Shown here piece after piece: positions 17,377 to 27,000 of a stretch of 64,000 bases of DNA; position 1 is the first letter of the stretch; each line of letters opens with the position of its first letter. The DNA lies in contig JADGOO010000060.1 in assembly GCA_017882905.1 (NCBI GenBank), positions 7,316-71,315 on the forward strand. The letters run 5' to 3'. The notes beneath the pieces were generated by a model that made no database searches, was not told the origin of the DNA, and saw only the letters and a program-made list of their open reading frames with translations. A program made the position numbers and the translations under genes. This stretch comes from Acidimicrobiia bacterium. GTDB taxonomy: Bacteria > Actinomycetota > Acidimicrobiia > IMCC26256 > PALSA-610.

Positions 17377-18474
17377 ATGACCAATGACGAAGAGCGGATC
17401 GCGCTGTTCCTCGACTACGAGAACCTCGCCATCGGCGCACGGGAACAGCTCGGCACCACGTTCGACTTCCGCCCGGTGGCCGACGCGCTCGCCGAGCGCG
17501 GACGCGTCGTGGTTCGGCGTGCCTACGCCGACTGGTCGCGCTTCGACGAAGACCGCCGGATGCTCACCCGCCATCACGTCGAGCTGATCGAGATGCCCCA
17601 ACGCATGGGTTCGGTCCGCAAGAACGCTGCCGACATCAAGATGGCCGTCGATGCGATCGAGCTCTGCTTCGAGCGCGACTACATCACGACCTTCGTGCTC
17701 GCGACGGGCGACAGCGACTTCACTCCCCTCGTGCACAAGCTGCGCGAGCTCAACCGGCGAGTGATCGGCGTGGGTGTCGAAGCGTCCACGTCGGCGCTGC
17801 TGCCACCGGCCTGCGACGAGTTCTTGTTCTACGAGCGCCTCGAGGGCGTGGAACCGGTCGCCCGCAAGCGTCCGGCCTCCCGCGGCGGGCGCACGCCCGC
17901 GCCGCCGGTGGTCGAGGAGCGCAGCGCCGACGACGAACAGCCGGTCACCCGCCCCGAAGACGCCGACCTCGGCGTGATCATCACACAGACGCTGTCGGGT
18001 CTCGAACGCAGTGGCGGCGGACCCGTGCTCGGCTCCACGTTGAAGCGCGCGATCTTGCGCAAGGACCCCACGTTCAGCGAGACCACGTATGGGTTCCGCG
18101 GCTTCGTCGAGCTCCTGCGCAACCTCGAGCAACGCGGCGTGATCGAGCTCACGTCGGGCCCGGCCAAGGGCGATCCCGAGGTGGCGTTCGCGAGCGAGGC
18201 CGGCGACGAACAGGCCGCGTTCGAGCTGCTGCGCACCGTGGTGCAGCGCCTGACCGAGTCGTCAGGTCCGCCGCACCTGTCGGGCCTCAAGACCCAGCTC
18301 CGCAAGACGCAACCCGACTTCAGTGAGAAGCGCTTCGGGTTCGGTGGGTTCCTGCAGTTCTGCAAGGCCGGCCGCGCGCGCGGCGTGATCGACATGGAAT
18401 GGGATGCGCAGGCCGACGACTACATCGTGCGGCCCGCCACAGCCGCCGCCGGAGGATCACCCGATCGCGGGTGA
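17377..18474 (+). CDS. NYN (LabA-like) nuclease-domain protein with two C-terminal OST-HTH/LOTUS domains
   Basis: IALFLDYENL...RAYADWSRF...NAADIKMAVDAIE...FVLATGDSDFTPLVHKLRE (NYN acidic residues). Two repeats of a GSTLKRAILRKDPTFSETTYGFRGFVELL / LSGLKTQLRKTQPDFSEKRFGFGGFLQF type follow. The upstream part of ORF 15880..18474 is antisense to the kinase. Confidence 0.85.
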   Translation: MTNDEERIALFLDYENLAIGAREQLGTTFDFRPVADALAERGRVVVRRAYADWSRFDEDRRMLTRHHVELIEMPQRMGSVRKNAADIKMAVDAIELCFERDYITTFVLATGDSDFTPLVHKLRELNRRVIGVGVEASTSALLPPACDEFLFYERLEGVEPVARKRPASRGGRTPAPPVVEERSADDEQPVTRPEDADLGVIITQTLSGLERSGGGPVLGSTLKRAILRKDPTFSETTYGFRGFVELLRNLEQRGVIELTSGPAKGDPEVAFASEAGDEQAAFELLRTVVQRLTESSGPPHLSGLKTQLRKTQPDFSEKRFGFGGFLQFCKAGRARGVIDMEWDAQADDYIVRPATAAAGGSPDRG

Positions 18475-19443
18475 CGGATCCACGTAGGTGGTTCCGAGGA
18501 GGCCGACCCACGTACGGTCGCGCAGCGGGTCGGACGGAAGCGCGGCATCAATACCGCGGGCGTGCAGGTCGTCGAGGAACATCGCGACCACGCGCTCGAG
18601 GTCGAGGCAGTCGGCTCCCGAGTCGGCGCGCGCTGCGGCTGCGGCGTCGGCGTGGACGTCGGCCTTCCACGACACCGTGATGCGAACCACCTCGTCGGTG
18701 TAGCTCGCCACCACTGCGTCGTCGTGCACCACCAGCCACTCGCCATCGCCGCGCACGAGCCGACTCTCGTGGCTCAGACCTCTCGGCATGCGATCGCCCG
18801 GCCGGCCGAGCGGTCCGACCCCATGGAACGTTGCTTCGTTGTCGGCCACGACAGCGACGTTGTCGAACGGTGCGCGCTCGACCGCATGCGCGTCATCAGG
18901 GCCGTCGGGCCAGTAGTAGAAGTCACCGCCGGGACCGGCGTAGAACCACGACACGGCGGTAGCGATCCACACGCGCCACGCTTCGAAGAGGCCCGACGTC
19001 TTCATCACCTTCAGCAGCCAGATCGGATGGTCGGCGCGCGTGACACCGCGGAACGCGGGCACATCGAGGTGCGCAGCGAAAGGAAACGGTGTTGGGCCCA
19101 TCACGTTCACATAGACCGTCGACGGGCGCACGACCGCGGCTTCCCCGTACACGGCACGCGCCGCGTCGACGAAGCGCGAGTTGTCGAGGATCACACCCGC
19201 GTCGGCGACGACGGGCCGGCCGGCAAGAGCGAAGTCCTGGCGGAACCACGGCGGCGTGAACGCACTCGGCGCGGCACCGCCGTTGTCGGAACCGGAACGT
19301 CCACCGAGCGCCTGCATCTCCTCCGGGTTGCCGGCGTAACGGCTGAGCGGCCAGAACGGCCCGGCCGCCTCGATGACCTTGCGCACGGCGCCGGCATCAT
19401 CGAATGCCGGCTGCACGCGTACCGCAGTCCGTGTCGTTGCCAT
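18457..19443 (-). CDS. Conserved hypothetical protein (328 aa, possibly cupin/oxygenase-like fold)
   Basis: Non-repetitive, Trp/Phe/Tyr-rich soluble sequence (FTPPWFRQDF, HLDVPAFRG, SWFYAGPGGDFYYWPDGP). No family motif recognised. Confidence 0.6.
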   Translation of the reverse strand: MATTRTAVRVQPAFDDAGAVRKVIEAAGPFWPLSRYAGNPEEMQALGGRSGSDNGGAAPSAFTPPWFRQDFALAGRPVVADAGVILDNSRFVDAARAVYGEAAVVRPSTVYVNVMGPTPFPFAAHLDVPAFRGVTRADHPIWLLKVMKTSGLFEAWRVWIATAVSWFYAGPGGDFYYWPDGPDDAHAVERAPFDNVAVVADNEATFHGVGPLGRPGDRMPRGLSHESRLVRGDGEWLVVHDDAVVASYTDEVVRITVSWKADVHADAAAAARADSGADCLDLERVVAMFLDDLHARGIDAALPSDPLRDRTWVGLLGTTYVDPSPAIG

Positions 19444-19624
19444 CGATCAGACGCTACTCAAGCAGTCGCGGAAGACGCCGAGCCCTCACCGACGACGCGG
19501 TGGCGCCGTCCGAGCCGAGAGCGACGAAGGAGCGACACGGGCGGCAAGCCACTCGCCGCGGTAGGCGAAGCCGTCGCGGAAAATGCCGTAGGGTTCCGCC
19601 GTTCGCCGACGAAGGGCTTGGGAC

Positions 19625-20998
19625 ATGGGCAGCAGGCGTCACGTGCGATTCGGGGCGGTGGTCCTTGCGGTCGCGATCCTCGCGGCGTGCGGGAGCAGCT
19701 CGAAGGGTGGCTCCTCTTCGACGTCGACGAAGGTCACGGCCTCGTCGGGTCCGTATCCGGTGTCGAAGGTGCTCGGAACCGGCGTGACGGCGACCACGGT
19801 GAAGATCGGGATCGCGCTCGTCGACTTCACATGCATCAAGCAGTTCGTCGATTCGATTCGCGTCAACCAGGACAAGAACTACCAAGCGTTCATCGACGAC
19901 ATCAATGCGCGTGGCGGCATCGCGGGTCGCAAGATCGTGCCCGTGTACCACTCCTTCTGCCCGATCCAGAACAGCAACGCGGTGGCGTTGTGCACGAAGT
20001 TCACAGAAGACGACAAGGTCTTCGCGGTGCTCGGCAACTTCGTCGACTTCTCGGGCGACGCGGAGACATGCCTGGCGAAGCAGCACAACACGCCGCTCAT
20101 GACGTTCCAGCTGACGCAGGCGATCATGAACGGATCGCCGCCGGGCATGATCATCTTGCCCGGTACCAACCCGGAGCGCTCCGACGCGGTGGTGCTCTCG
20201 CTGTTGAAGAAGCAGCACATCCTCGATGGCAAGAAGATCGGCGTGCTCGGCGAGATCACGAGTCGCAAGGTCGTGACCACCAGCGTCGTGCCGGGCCTGA
20301 AGAAGATCGGCGCGACGCTCGGCTCCACCGCGATCCTGTCGATCACGGGCACGGACACGACGGCGGCGCAGAGTCAGCTCGACAGCTTCATCGAACGCTG
20401 GAAGAGCGAGAACGTGTCGGCGCTGTTCGTGTCGGGCACACAGGTCGCGTCGAAGCAGTTCATCGAGAAGATCCGCAAGCAGATGCCGAACATCCTGCTC
20501 GTGAGCGACATCAGCGATGTGCTGTCGTACGGACAGCAGGAGACCACGGCGGGCGTGAAGCCGAATCCGTACGAGGGCATCATGATCGCAGGTGGCCCCA
20601 CCGCTCACGAGTACGACCAGAGCGACAACTGGAAATACTGCGCCGACATCTACCAGAAGCAGACCGGCAAGGTCGCGCCGAACGCCGAGGCGGTGGTGCC
20701 CGGCCCCGACGGCAAGACGCTCGACACGTACGGCAGCATCAACGATGCCTGCCAGCTGCTGAGCCTCTTCCGCGACATCACGAACAAGCTCGGCACCTAC
20801 CTGAACGTGCCGAACTGGCGCTACACCGTGGATCACTACGGCACGATCACGAACCGGGGCGGGGGCGCGTTCGCGTCGTTGCACGCCGGCAAGTACGACA
20901 TCGACGACACGTTCCGGCTCGAGTCGTTCGACTCGTCGATCCCGCCGAAGGGCAACTGGAAGCCGCTCACACCGTTGCAGGGCATCAGCGGCTCGTAG
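19625..20998 (+). CDS. ABC transporter substrate-binding lipoprotein (type I periplasmic-binding fold, LivK-like)
   Basis: Lipobox VLAVAILAACGSS. VKIGIALVDF...FIDDINARGGIAGRKIVPV is typical of branched-chain amino acid/amide binding proteins. No cognate permease or ATPase is adjacent. Confidence 0.8.
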   Translation: MGSRRHVRFGAVVLAVAILAACGSSSKGGSSSTSTKVTASSGPYPVSKVLGTGVTATTVKIGIALVDFTCIKQFVDSIRVNQDKNYQAFIDDINARGGIAGRKIVPVYHSFCPIQNSNAVALCTKFTEDDKVFAVLGNFVDFSGDAETCLAKQHNTPLMTFQLTQAIMNGSPPGMIILPGTNPERSDAVVLSLLKKQHILDGKKIGVLGEITSRKVVTTSVVPGLKKIGATLGSTAILSITGTDTTAAQSQLDSFIERWKSENVSALFVSGTQVASKQFIEKIRKQMPNILLVSDISDVLSYGQQETTAGVKPNPYEGIMIAGGPTAHEYDQSDNWKYCADIYQKQTGKVAPNAEAVVPGPDGKTLDTYGSINDACQLLSLFRDITNKLGTYLNVPNWRYTVDHYGTITNRGGGAFASLHAGKYDIDDTFRLESFDSSIPPKGNWKPLTPLQGISGS

Positions 20999-21049
20999 CA
21001 GAACGCAGTCGTCGTTCGTCTTGCGCACGCCGGTCGCTAGGTTGAGACC

Positions 21050-22096
21050 ATGAAGCTCAGCGTGATGCTCAACTACTCGGGTGACGTGATGGCCTCGGCA
21101 CGCGAAGTGGTCGAGCTCGAACGCGCCGGCCTCGATGCAGTCTGGGTCGCCGAGGCATACAGCTTCGACGCCGTGTCGATGATGGGCTGGCTGGCAGCTC
21201 GCACCGAACGGCTGGAGATCGGCAGCGCGATCGTCAACATCTACAGCCGCACACCCACGCTGCTCGCCATGACGGCCGCCGGGCTCGACTCGGTGAGCGG
21301 CGGCCGTGCGAACCTCGGCCTGGGCGCGAGCGGTGCCCAGGTGATCGAAGGCTTCCACGGCGTGCCGTTCGAGAAGCCGTTGCAGCGCACACGCGAGATC
21401 ATCGAGATCTGCCGGGCGGTATGGCGCCGCGAGGTGATCGACCACCACGGACCCGCGGTCGACATCCCGCTCCCCGCCGGTGCGGGCACGGGCATGGGCA
21501 AGCCGTTGAAGCTGATCAACCATCCGCGGCGCGAGCGCATCCCGATCTGGGTTGCGTCGTTGAAGGGCCGCAGCGTGGAGATGACTGCCGAGCTGGCCGA
21601 GGGATGGATCCCGATCTTCTATGTGCCCGGCCGCGCCGACCGGGTGTGGGGCGACGCGCTGGCGCGCGGCAAGACGAAGCGCGATCCGGCGCTCGGACCG
21701 CTGCAGACGATCGCCGGTGGACCGGTGCTGTTCACCGACGACGGGGATCTCGCCGCGAAGATCAACGACTTCGCTCGTCCACAGGCGGCGCTCTACGTAG
21801 GTGGCATGGGCGCCCGCGGCAAGAACTTCTACAACGACATCATGAGTGCCTACGGGTGGGAGGGCGAAGCGAAGGTCATCCAGGACCTCTACCTCGACGG
21901 CAAGAAGGCCGAGGCCGCCGCGGCCGTGCCCGCCGAGTTCCTGAGCGAGGCGTCGCTCGTGGGCAGCGTGGGTCATGTGACCGAGCGCATCGCCGCCTAC
22001 GCGAGCAGCGGGGTCACGCACCTCCAGCTGGCCCTCGTGGGCGATCTCGCCCAAAAGCAGCGCACCCTCGAACAGCTCCGCACGATCATCGGCTGA
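21050..22096 (+). CDS. LLM-class (luciferase-like) F420-dependent oxidoreductase
   Basis: MKLSVMLNYSGD...AGLDAVWVAEAYSFDAVSMMGWLAARTERLEIGSAIVNIYSRTP...LGLGASG. Confidence 0.88.
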   Translation: MKLSVMLNYSGDVMASAREVVELERAGLDAVWVAEAYSFDAVSMMGWLAARTERLEIGSAIVNIYSRTPTLLAMTAAGLDSVSGGRANLGLGASGAQVIEGFHGVPFEKPLQRTREIIEICRAVWRREVIDHHGPAVDIPLPAGAGTGMGKPLKLINHPRRERIPIWVASLKGRSVEMTAELAEGWIPIFYVPGRADRVWGDALARGKTKRDPALGPLQTIAGGPVLFTDDGDLAAKINDFARPQAALYVGGMGARGKNFYNDIMSAYGWEGEAKVIQDLYLDGKKAEAAAAVPAEFLSEASLVGSVGHVTERIAAYASSGVTHLQLALVGDLAQKQRTLEQLRTIIG

Positions 22097-22122
22097 CACT
22101 CGGCCGGAGACTTTGGTAGAAA

Positions 22123-22138
22123 CTAGAACCTGTTCTAG
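22123..22138. promoter_or_regulatory. KstR-type (TetR family) operator-like palindrome upstream of the nitronate monooxygenase-family gene
   Basis: CTAGAAC-CT-GTTCTAG is a perfect 7-2-7 inverted repeat. Its core TAGAACCTGTTCTA fits the published KstR motif TnnAACnnGTTnnA. It lies 22 nt upstream of the ATG at 22160. Confidence 0.5.
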
Positions 22139-22159
22139 CAATCAGGAAGAAGGCTCCAG

Positions 22160-23269
22160 ATGCGAACCCCATTGTGCGACGTCTTTGGCATCGAGTACCC
22201 GATCTTCGCGTTCACGCACTGCCGTGACGTCGTCGCCGCGGTGAGCAAGGCCGGCGGCCTCGGCGTGCTCGGCGCGGTGGGCTTCAGCCCGGAGCAGCTC
22301 GAGATCGAGCTCGACTGGATCGACGCGCATGTCGACGGCAAGCCGTACGGCGTCGACACGGTCATGCCGCAGAAGAAGGTCGACGTGCACGGCGCCACGC
22401 CCGACGACATGCTCGCCCAGATCCGCTCGATGATCGACGCGAACCACTGGCGCTACGTCGACGAGCTGATGGAGCGCTTCGAGCTGCCGCCGCTGCCGGA
22501 AGGCGAAGGTGCCCACGGCGTGCTCGGCTGGACCGACGACGTGGCGCACCGCCATGTGGAGATCGCGCTGGCGCACCCGATCAAGCTGATCGCCAACGCG
22601 CTCGGCTCGCCGCCGGAAGACGTGATCGACCAGGCCCACGCGCACGGCGTGAAGGTGGCGGCCCTGGCGGGCAAGGCCCAGCACGCGGCGCGTCACGTGG
22701 CCAACGGGGTCGACGTCGTGGTCGCGCAGGGCTACGAAGCCGGCGGGCACACGGGCGAGATCGCCACGATGGTGCTCGTGCCCGAGGTGGTCGACGCGGT
22801 TGCGCCGGCGCCCGTGCTCGCGGCCGGCGGCATCGGCAGCGGTCGCCAGATCGCGGCATCGCTCGCACTCGGCGCGCAAGGCGTGTGGCTCGGTTCGCTG
22901 TGGCTCACCACCGCGGAGAGCAACTCGGGGCCGGCCGTGCTGCAGGCTTACCTCGAGGCAACATCGGCCGACACGGTGCGGTCGCGCTGCTACACCGGCA
23001 AGCCGGCGCGCATGCTCCGCAACGAGTGGACCGAAGCCTGGGCCGACAACGCCGGTCCGGGGCCGCTCGGGATGCCGTTGCAGAACATCCTCACGTCGGA
23101 GGCCAACGCCCGCATCGCCCGCTCGGGCCGCAAGGATCTGGCGTTCGCCCCGGTCGGTCAGATCGTCGGGCGCATGAACCAGGTGCGTTCCGTGCGCGAC
23201 GTGATGTACGACCTCGTGGAGGAGTACATCGAGACGGTCGAGCGGCTCGAAGCCGGCGTGGAGGCCTGA
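22160..23269 (+). CDS. Nitronate monooxygenase (2-nitropropane dioxygenase) family FMN oxidoreductase
   Basis: FGIEYPIFAFTHCRDVVAAVSKAGGLGVLG..., VVAQGYEAGGHTGEI, and LAAGGIGSGRQIAASLALGAQGVWLGS. Confidence 0.9.
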   Translation: MRTPLCDVFGIEYPIFAFTHCRDVVAAVSKAGGLGVLGAVGFSPEQLEIELDWIDAHVDGKPYGVDTVMPQKKVDVHGATPDDMLAQIRSMIDANHWRYVDELMERFELPPLPEGEGAHGVLGWTDDVAHRHVEIALAHPIKLIANALGSPPEDVIDQAHAHGVKVAALAGKAQHAARHVANGVDVVVAQGYEAGGHTGEIATMVLVPEVVDAVAPAPVLAAGGIGSGRQIAASLALGAQGVWLGSLWLTTAESNSGPAVLQAYLEATSADTVRSRCYTGKPARMLRNEWTEAWADNAGPGPLGMPLQNILTSEANARIARSGRKDLAFAPVGQIVGRMNQVRSVRDVMYDLVEEYIETVERLEAGVEA

Positions 23270-23279
23270 CCGGCCCGCG

Positions 23280-23954
23280 TCAACCAGCCACGTTCCAGCG
23301 CGCGAGCACGGCCTGCTCGCGCTCCCATCCGAGCGTGCTCACACTCGCAGGGTCGAGCGCGAGGTAGCGACCGGCGTCGGGCGGCAGCCCGAGCCAGCGC
23401 GCACCCAACACGCGCAAGAAATGGCCGTGCGAGAACACGAGCGCAACTCCGTCGAGCGCGCGCAGGCGAGCGATGACGGCGTCCGCCCGTGCGGCCACCT
23501 CAGCCGCCGTCTCGCCGCCCGGCACGCCATCGGCCCACAACGACCAACCGGCATGTTCCACGCGGATCTCGCGCGTGGTTCGCCCTTCGTAGTCGCCGTA
23601 ATCCCATTCGACGAGCAGCGGTTCGGCCTGCGCGACCGCGGCGAAGCCCGCCGCGGCGGCGGTGTCGCGGGCCCGGCGAGCCGGGCTGGTGAGCACCAGT
23701 GCGAAGCCCTCGGATGCGGGCGCGTCGCCCTTCGGGGTCGCGGTCAGCGTTGCGCGCAACGCCGATGCCTGGGCACGACCGCGGTCGGTGAGCTCCACGT
23801 CAGTGCGGCTCGTGTGCCGACCGGAGCGCGACCACTCCGTCTCGCCGTGACGCACCACCACCACGGGATGGCGCGCCGCTCCCCCGCTGTCACTGGCCGT
23901 CGCGCTGTCGCTGTCGGTGTCGGTGTCGGTGTCACGGTCGGGCACGACGCCCAT
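23280..23954 (-). CDS. Histidine phosphatase (phosphoglycerate mutase-like) family protein
   Basis: VVVVRHGETEWSRSGRHTSRTDVELTDRGRAQA carries the RHG catalytic motif. Start at ATG 23954 (MGVVPDRDTDTDTDSDS) is preferred; the ORF-track start at 23996 lies inside a strong hairpin. Confidence 0.85.
   Translation of the reverse strand: MGVVPDRDTDTDTDSDSATASDSGGAARHPVVVVRHGETEWSRSGRHTSRTDVELTDRGRAQASALRATLTATPKGDAPASEGFALVLTSPARRARDTAAAAGFAAVAQAEPLLVEWDYGDYEGRTTREIRVEHAGWSLWADGVPGGETAAEVAARADAVIARLRALDGVALVFSHGHFLRVLGARWLGLPPDAGRYLALDPASVSTLGWEREQAVLARWNVAG
23905..23940. repeat. Imperfect hexanucleotide tandem repeat inside the phosphatase N-terminus (encodes DRDTDTDTDSDS)
   Basis: Six consecutive hexamers: CTGTCG CTGTCG GTGTCG GTGTCG GTGTCA CGGTCG. 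Confidence 0.85.
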
Positions 23955-23969
23955 GATGCCCCGTACCTG

Positions 23970-24004
23970 CGTCGTAGATACGCGCCTGGCGCGCATCTAC
24001 GACG
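23970..24004 (-). terminator. Strong hairpin downstream of the large secreted-protein gene (candidate intrinsic terminator without a U-tract)
   Basis: CGTCGTAGAT-A-CGCGC CTG GCGCG-C-ATCTACGACG forms 15 bp with one mismatch and a 3-nt loop. It lies 23 nt after the stop at 24027. Confidence 0.45.
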
Positions 24005-24026
24005 CTGGTCGGGAAAGGGGCAGGCG

Positions 24027-27000
24027 TCAGCCGAGGTCGGTGACCGACAGGTTGTCGAAGAAGAACACCGGGGTGTTGGTGGAGCTGCCACCGAGGAACG
24101 TTCGCACGCCGTCGGAGCCGGCGGCCTGGAGCTGTGCCGTGGTGTCCGTGACGGTGAGGTTGAAGCTCGCCGGTTCGGTCGTGCCCGCGAGCCAGACCTT
24201 GCCCGCGAGGGTGGTGGGGTTCGTACCCGTCACCCGGAAGCGGATCGTGTAGGCCTGGTTGGCGGTGTACGAGAGACCGGCCACCGTGACCTCGTTGCCG
24301 ATCTGCACCTCGGTGGTGTTGCCCACCACCTTGACGATCGACAGCTTCACACCGCCCGTCGGCGGGAAGCGCAGCCGGAGCCGGTACTCGGTGTTCGCGG
24401 CCGTGCGCCGCGCCGTGAGATAGCTCACCTGGCCCCACGTGCCGCCGGCCGGCGCGAGCGATGTGCCCGTGTCGACCACCTCGTCGGTGTTCAGCACGCT
24501 CGTGCCCAACAACGTTGCCGCGTGTCCGCTCGCCGCCGTGTGGATCGTCATGTTGCCACGACCCGACGCTGTGGTGAAGTCGGCCGCCGTACCTTGCAGC
24601 GTGTAGGCGCCGCCGAGGTCGGCGGTGCCCCAACCGCTCGCCGTGCTGCGCGAGAACGTGTCGAGTGCGACGGTGCCGTTCGATTGCGGGCTCGCCGAGT
24701 GCGACACGGCGTTCGTGCCGCCGTCGTTGTCGGTGACGGTCAGCGTCACCGTGAACGTGCCGGCGGTCGCGTACGCGTGGTTGGTCGTGGAGCCGGTGGC
24801 GGTGCTGCCGTCACCGAAGTCCCAGGCGTAGCCCACGACGGTGCCGTCGGCATCCGACGACGTGGTGCCGTCGAATGAGCAGAGCAGACCGTTGCACGAA
24901 CCCGTGAAGCGCGCCACGGGCGGGATGTTGTTCGGGTTCGACGACGGGATGTTGACGTTGCGGGCGAACTCCGACGTGCTGCCCGCGGTGTTCGTCGCGG
25001 TGGCCGTGACCGCATGGCCGAGCGCACTCGCCGGCACGGTCACCTGCGCGAAGCCAGTCGAGTCTGCGCTGGCCGAGCTCAGGTACGTGACACCCGAGCC
25101 GATGGCGCCGGCTCCCTGGTCCGAGAGGAACAGCTCGACCACGCAGCTCGCACATGTCTGTGCGTTGATCGTGGTCTTGGTGGGGCTCGACAGCACGGGT
25201 GCGAGCATCGCGTCGTTCACGTTGGCGTCGGAGTTCGCCGCCGTGTTCACCGCGCCGAACGGCGCGAGGTCGATGCCGAGGGCAGCCACGCCATTGACGC
25301 CGTTGTTGTGGATCGAGTTCTGCGTGAACGTGTCTTGGTCGGTGAGCGTCTCGGCCGAGTTCGCCGGCGAGGTACCCAGTGCCATGAGCTGGATGCCGCT
25401 CGTGTTGTTGGCGATCTCGTTCGCCGGGCCGACGGTGATGCGCACCGCGCCGGCCTGGATCATCACGCCGAAGCCGCCGTTGCCGGCCGCCGCGCCGTTC
25501 GCGGTGACGCCGATCTTGTTGCGGGCCACGACCGAGTCGTGCACGCCCTTGTCGATCAGGATCCCGCCCTTGCCGTTGTTGGCGATCACGTTGTCGGTGA
25601 TCGTCATGAAGCCTTCGTCGCCCGGGCACGGCTGGTTGTTGCAGTCGGGGTTGCCTTCGAGACGAATGCCAATCGTCAGGTTCTTGGCGTAGGCCGGCGC
25701 GTTGTTGCCGGTGAGGTCGGTACCGACGAAGTTCCCGATGATCGAGTTGTGCTGCGTGAGTGGGTTGTGCGAGATCTCGATGCCCTCTTGCACGTTGCCT
25801 GACGAAACGTTGCGCAGCAACGGGTCGGTCCCGCCGATCATCGTGAACTGCGTACCGGTGTTGATGTCGATGCCGTGCGACTTCGAGCCGCGCGCCTGCG
25901 TGCCTGTGGGGTCGAGACCCGTGATGTTGTTCTGGATGTTGTTGTTCTTCGTGGGCCACTCGTAGGTGGCGATCCCGATGTGACCACAGCCGGAGACCAC
26001 GTTGCGGTTTGCCGCGCCGGCGGCACCGATCTGGTTGCTCTGCGCGCCACCCTGGAGCACGATGCACGACGACTGCGGCACGTAGGCGAACCCGGGGATC
26101 AGCCCGCCGCTCGGTGTGAGACCGATCATGTTGCCGACGACGGTGTTCGTGCTCCCGCCGTTGATCCAGATCGCACGCCGCCAGTTGTCCATGACGAGCC
26201 CGCGGATCGTGTTGCTCGCGCTCGCCATGAACAGACCGTCGATCCGCGACTCACCGGTGCCTTTCAGCTCGATGCCGTAGACCGCGTTGTCGGCGAGCGG
26301 GTCGGAGTTGGGAACCGAGCCAGGCTCGGTGAACCCGTCGATCGTGATGCCGCCGTTGACGTCGTTCAGCTGCGGCAGCGTGGTGGCCGGCGTGATCGTG
26401 TGGATGCCGGCACCCGCGATGTTGAACGCGATCGTGGCCGGACCGGTCGCCCGGTTGGCCTCCTGGATCGCGGCCCGCAACGTGCACTGGCCGGCCACGG
26501 ATGTCTGGCAGATGCCATCGGCCGCGACATCGCCACCATCAGCGTTGGAGTTCACCGTGAACGTGACGGGCGGTGACGCGGCGAGCACGGCGGTGGTGGT
26601 CGCGGTGGCGCGGGCCGACGCCGTCTGCAGGTCGGCGATCGTGATGCACCCGTCGCCGTTGACGTCGGTGCCCGCTTCGGGAGCCGCACACGCGACGTCG
26701 TCATCGGCACCACGCAGGAAGCTGCGCTCCATGCCCATCGCGTCGGCGAAGGTGACGCGACCGTCGCGCGTGAGGTCGGGGGAATCGCCGCGGCGATGAG
26801 TGCGCGCCGCGAGCTCGGGCCCGTGCGGCGCGCGCCACACGTGCGACGAGCCGGCCACGTCGAGCACCACGCTCGACGCGCCAGTGTGCGCGATGACCGC
26901 GCCGCTGCGGTCGACGAGGAGGCCGCCGTCGAGACGGACCTCCACCCGCCCGGGCCGCAGCACTTCGACATCGATCGTGGCGACGGAGCTGCCGTCGGCG

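Noticed and set aside
18562-22141. Very long ORFs 18562..21045 (+, 827 aa) and 19454..22141 (-, 895 aa)
   Set aside because: Both overlap three well-supported genes (18457..19443, the binding lipoprotein and the LLM oxidoreductase) in other frames. Their translations are dominated by R/G/H/D runs and lack any domain signature.
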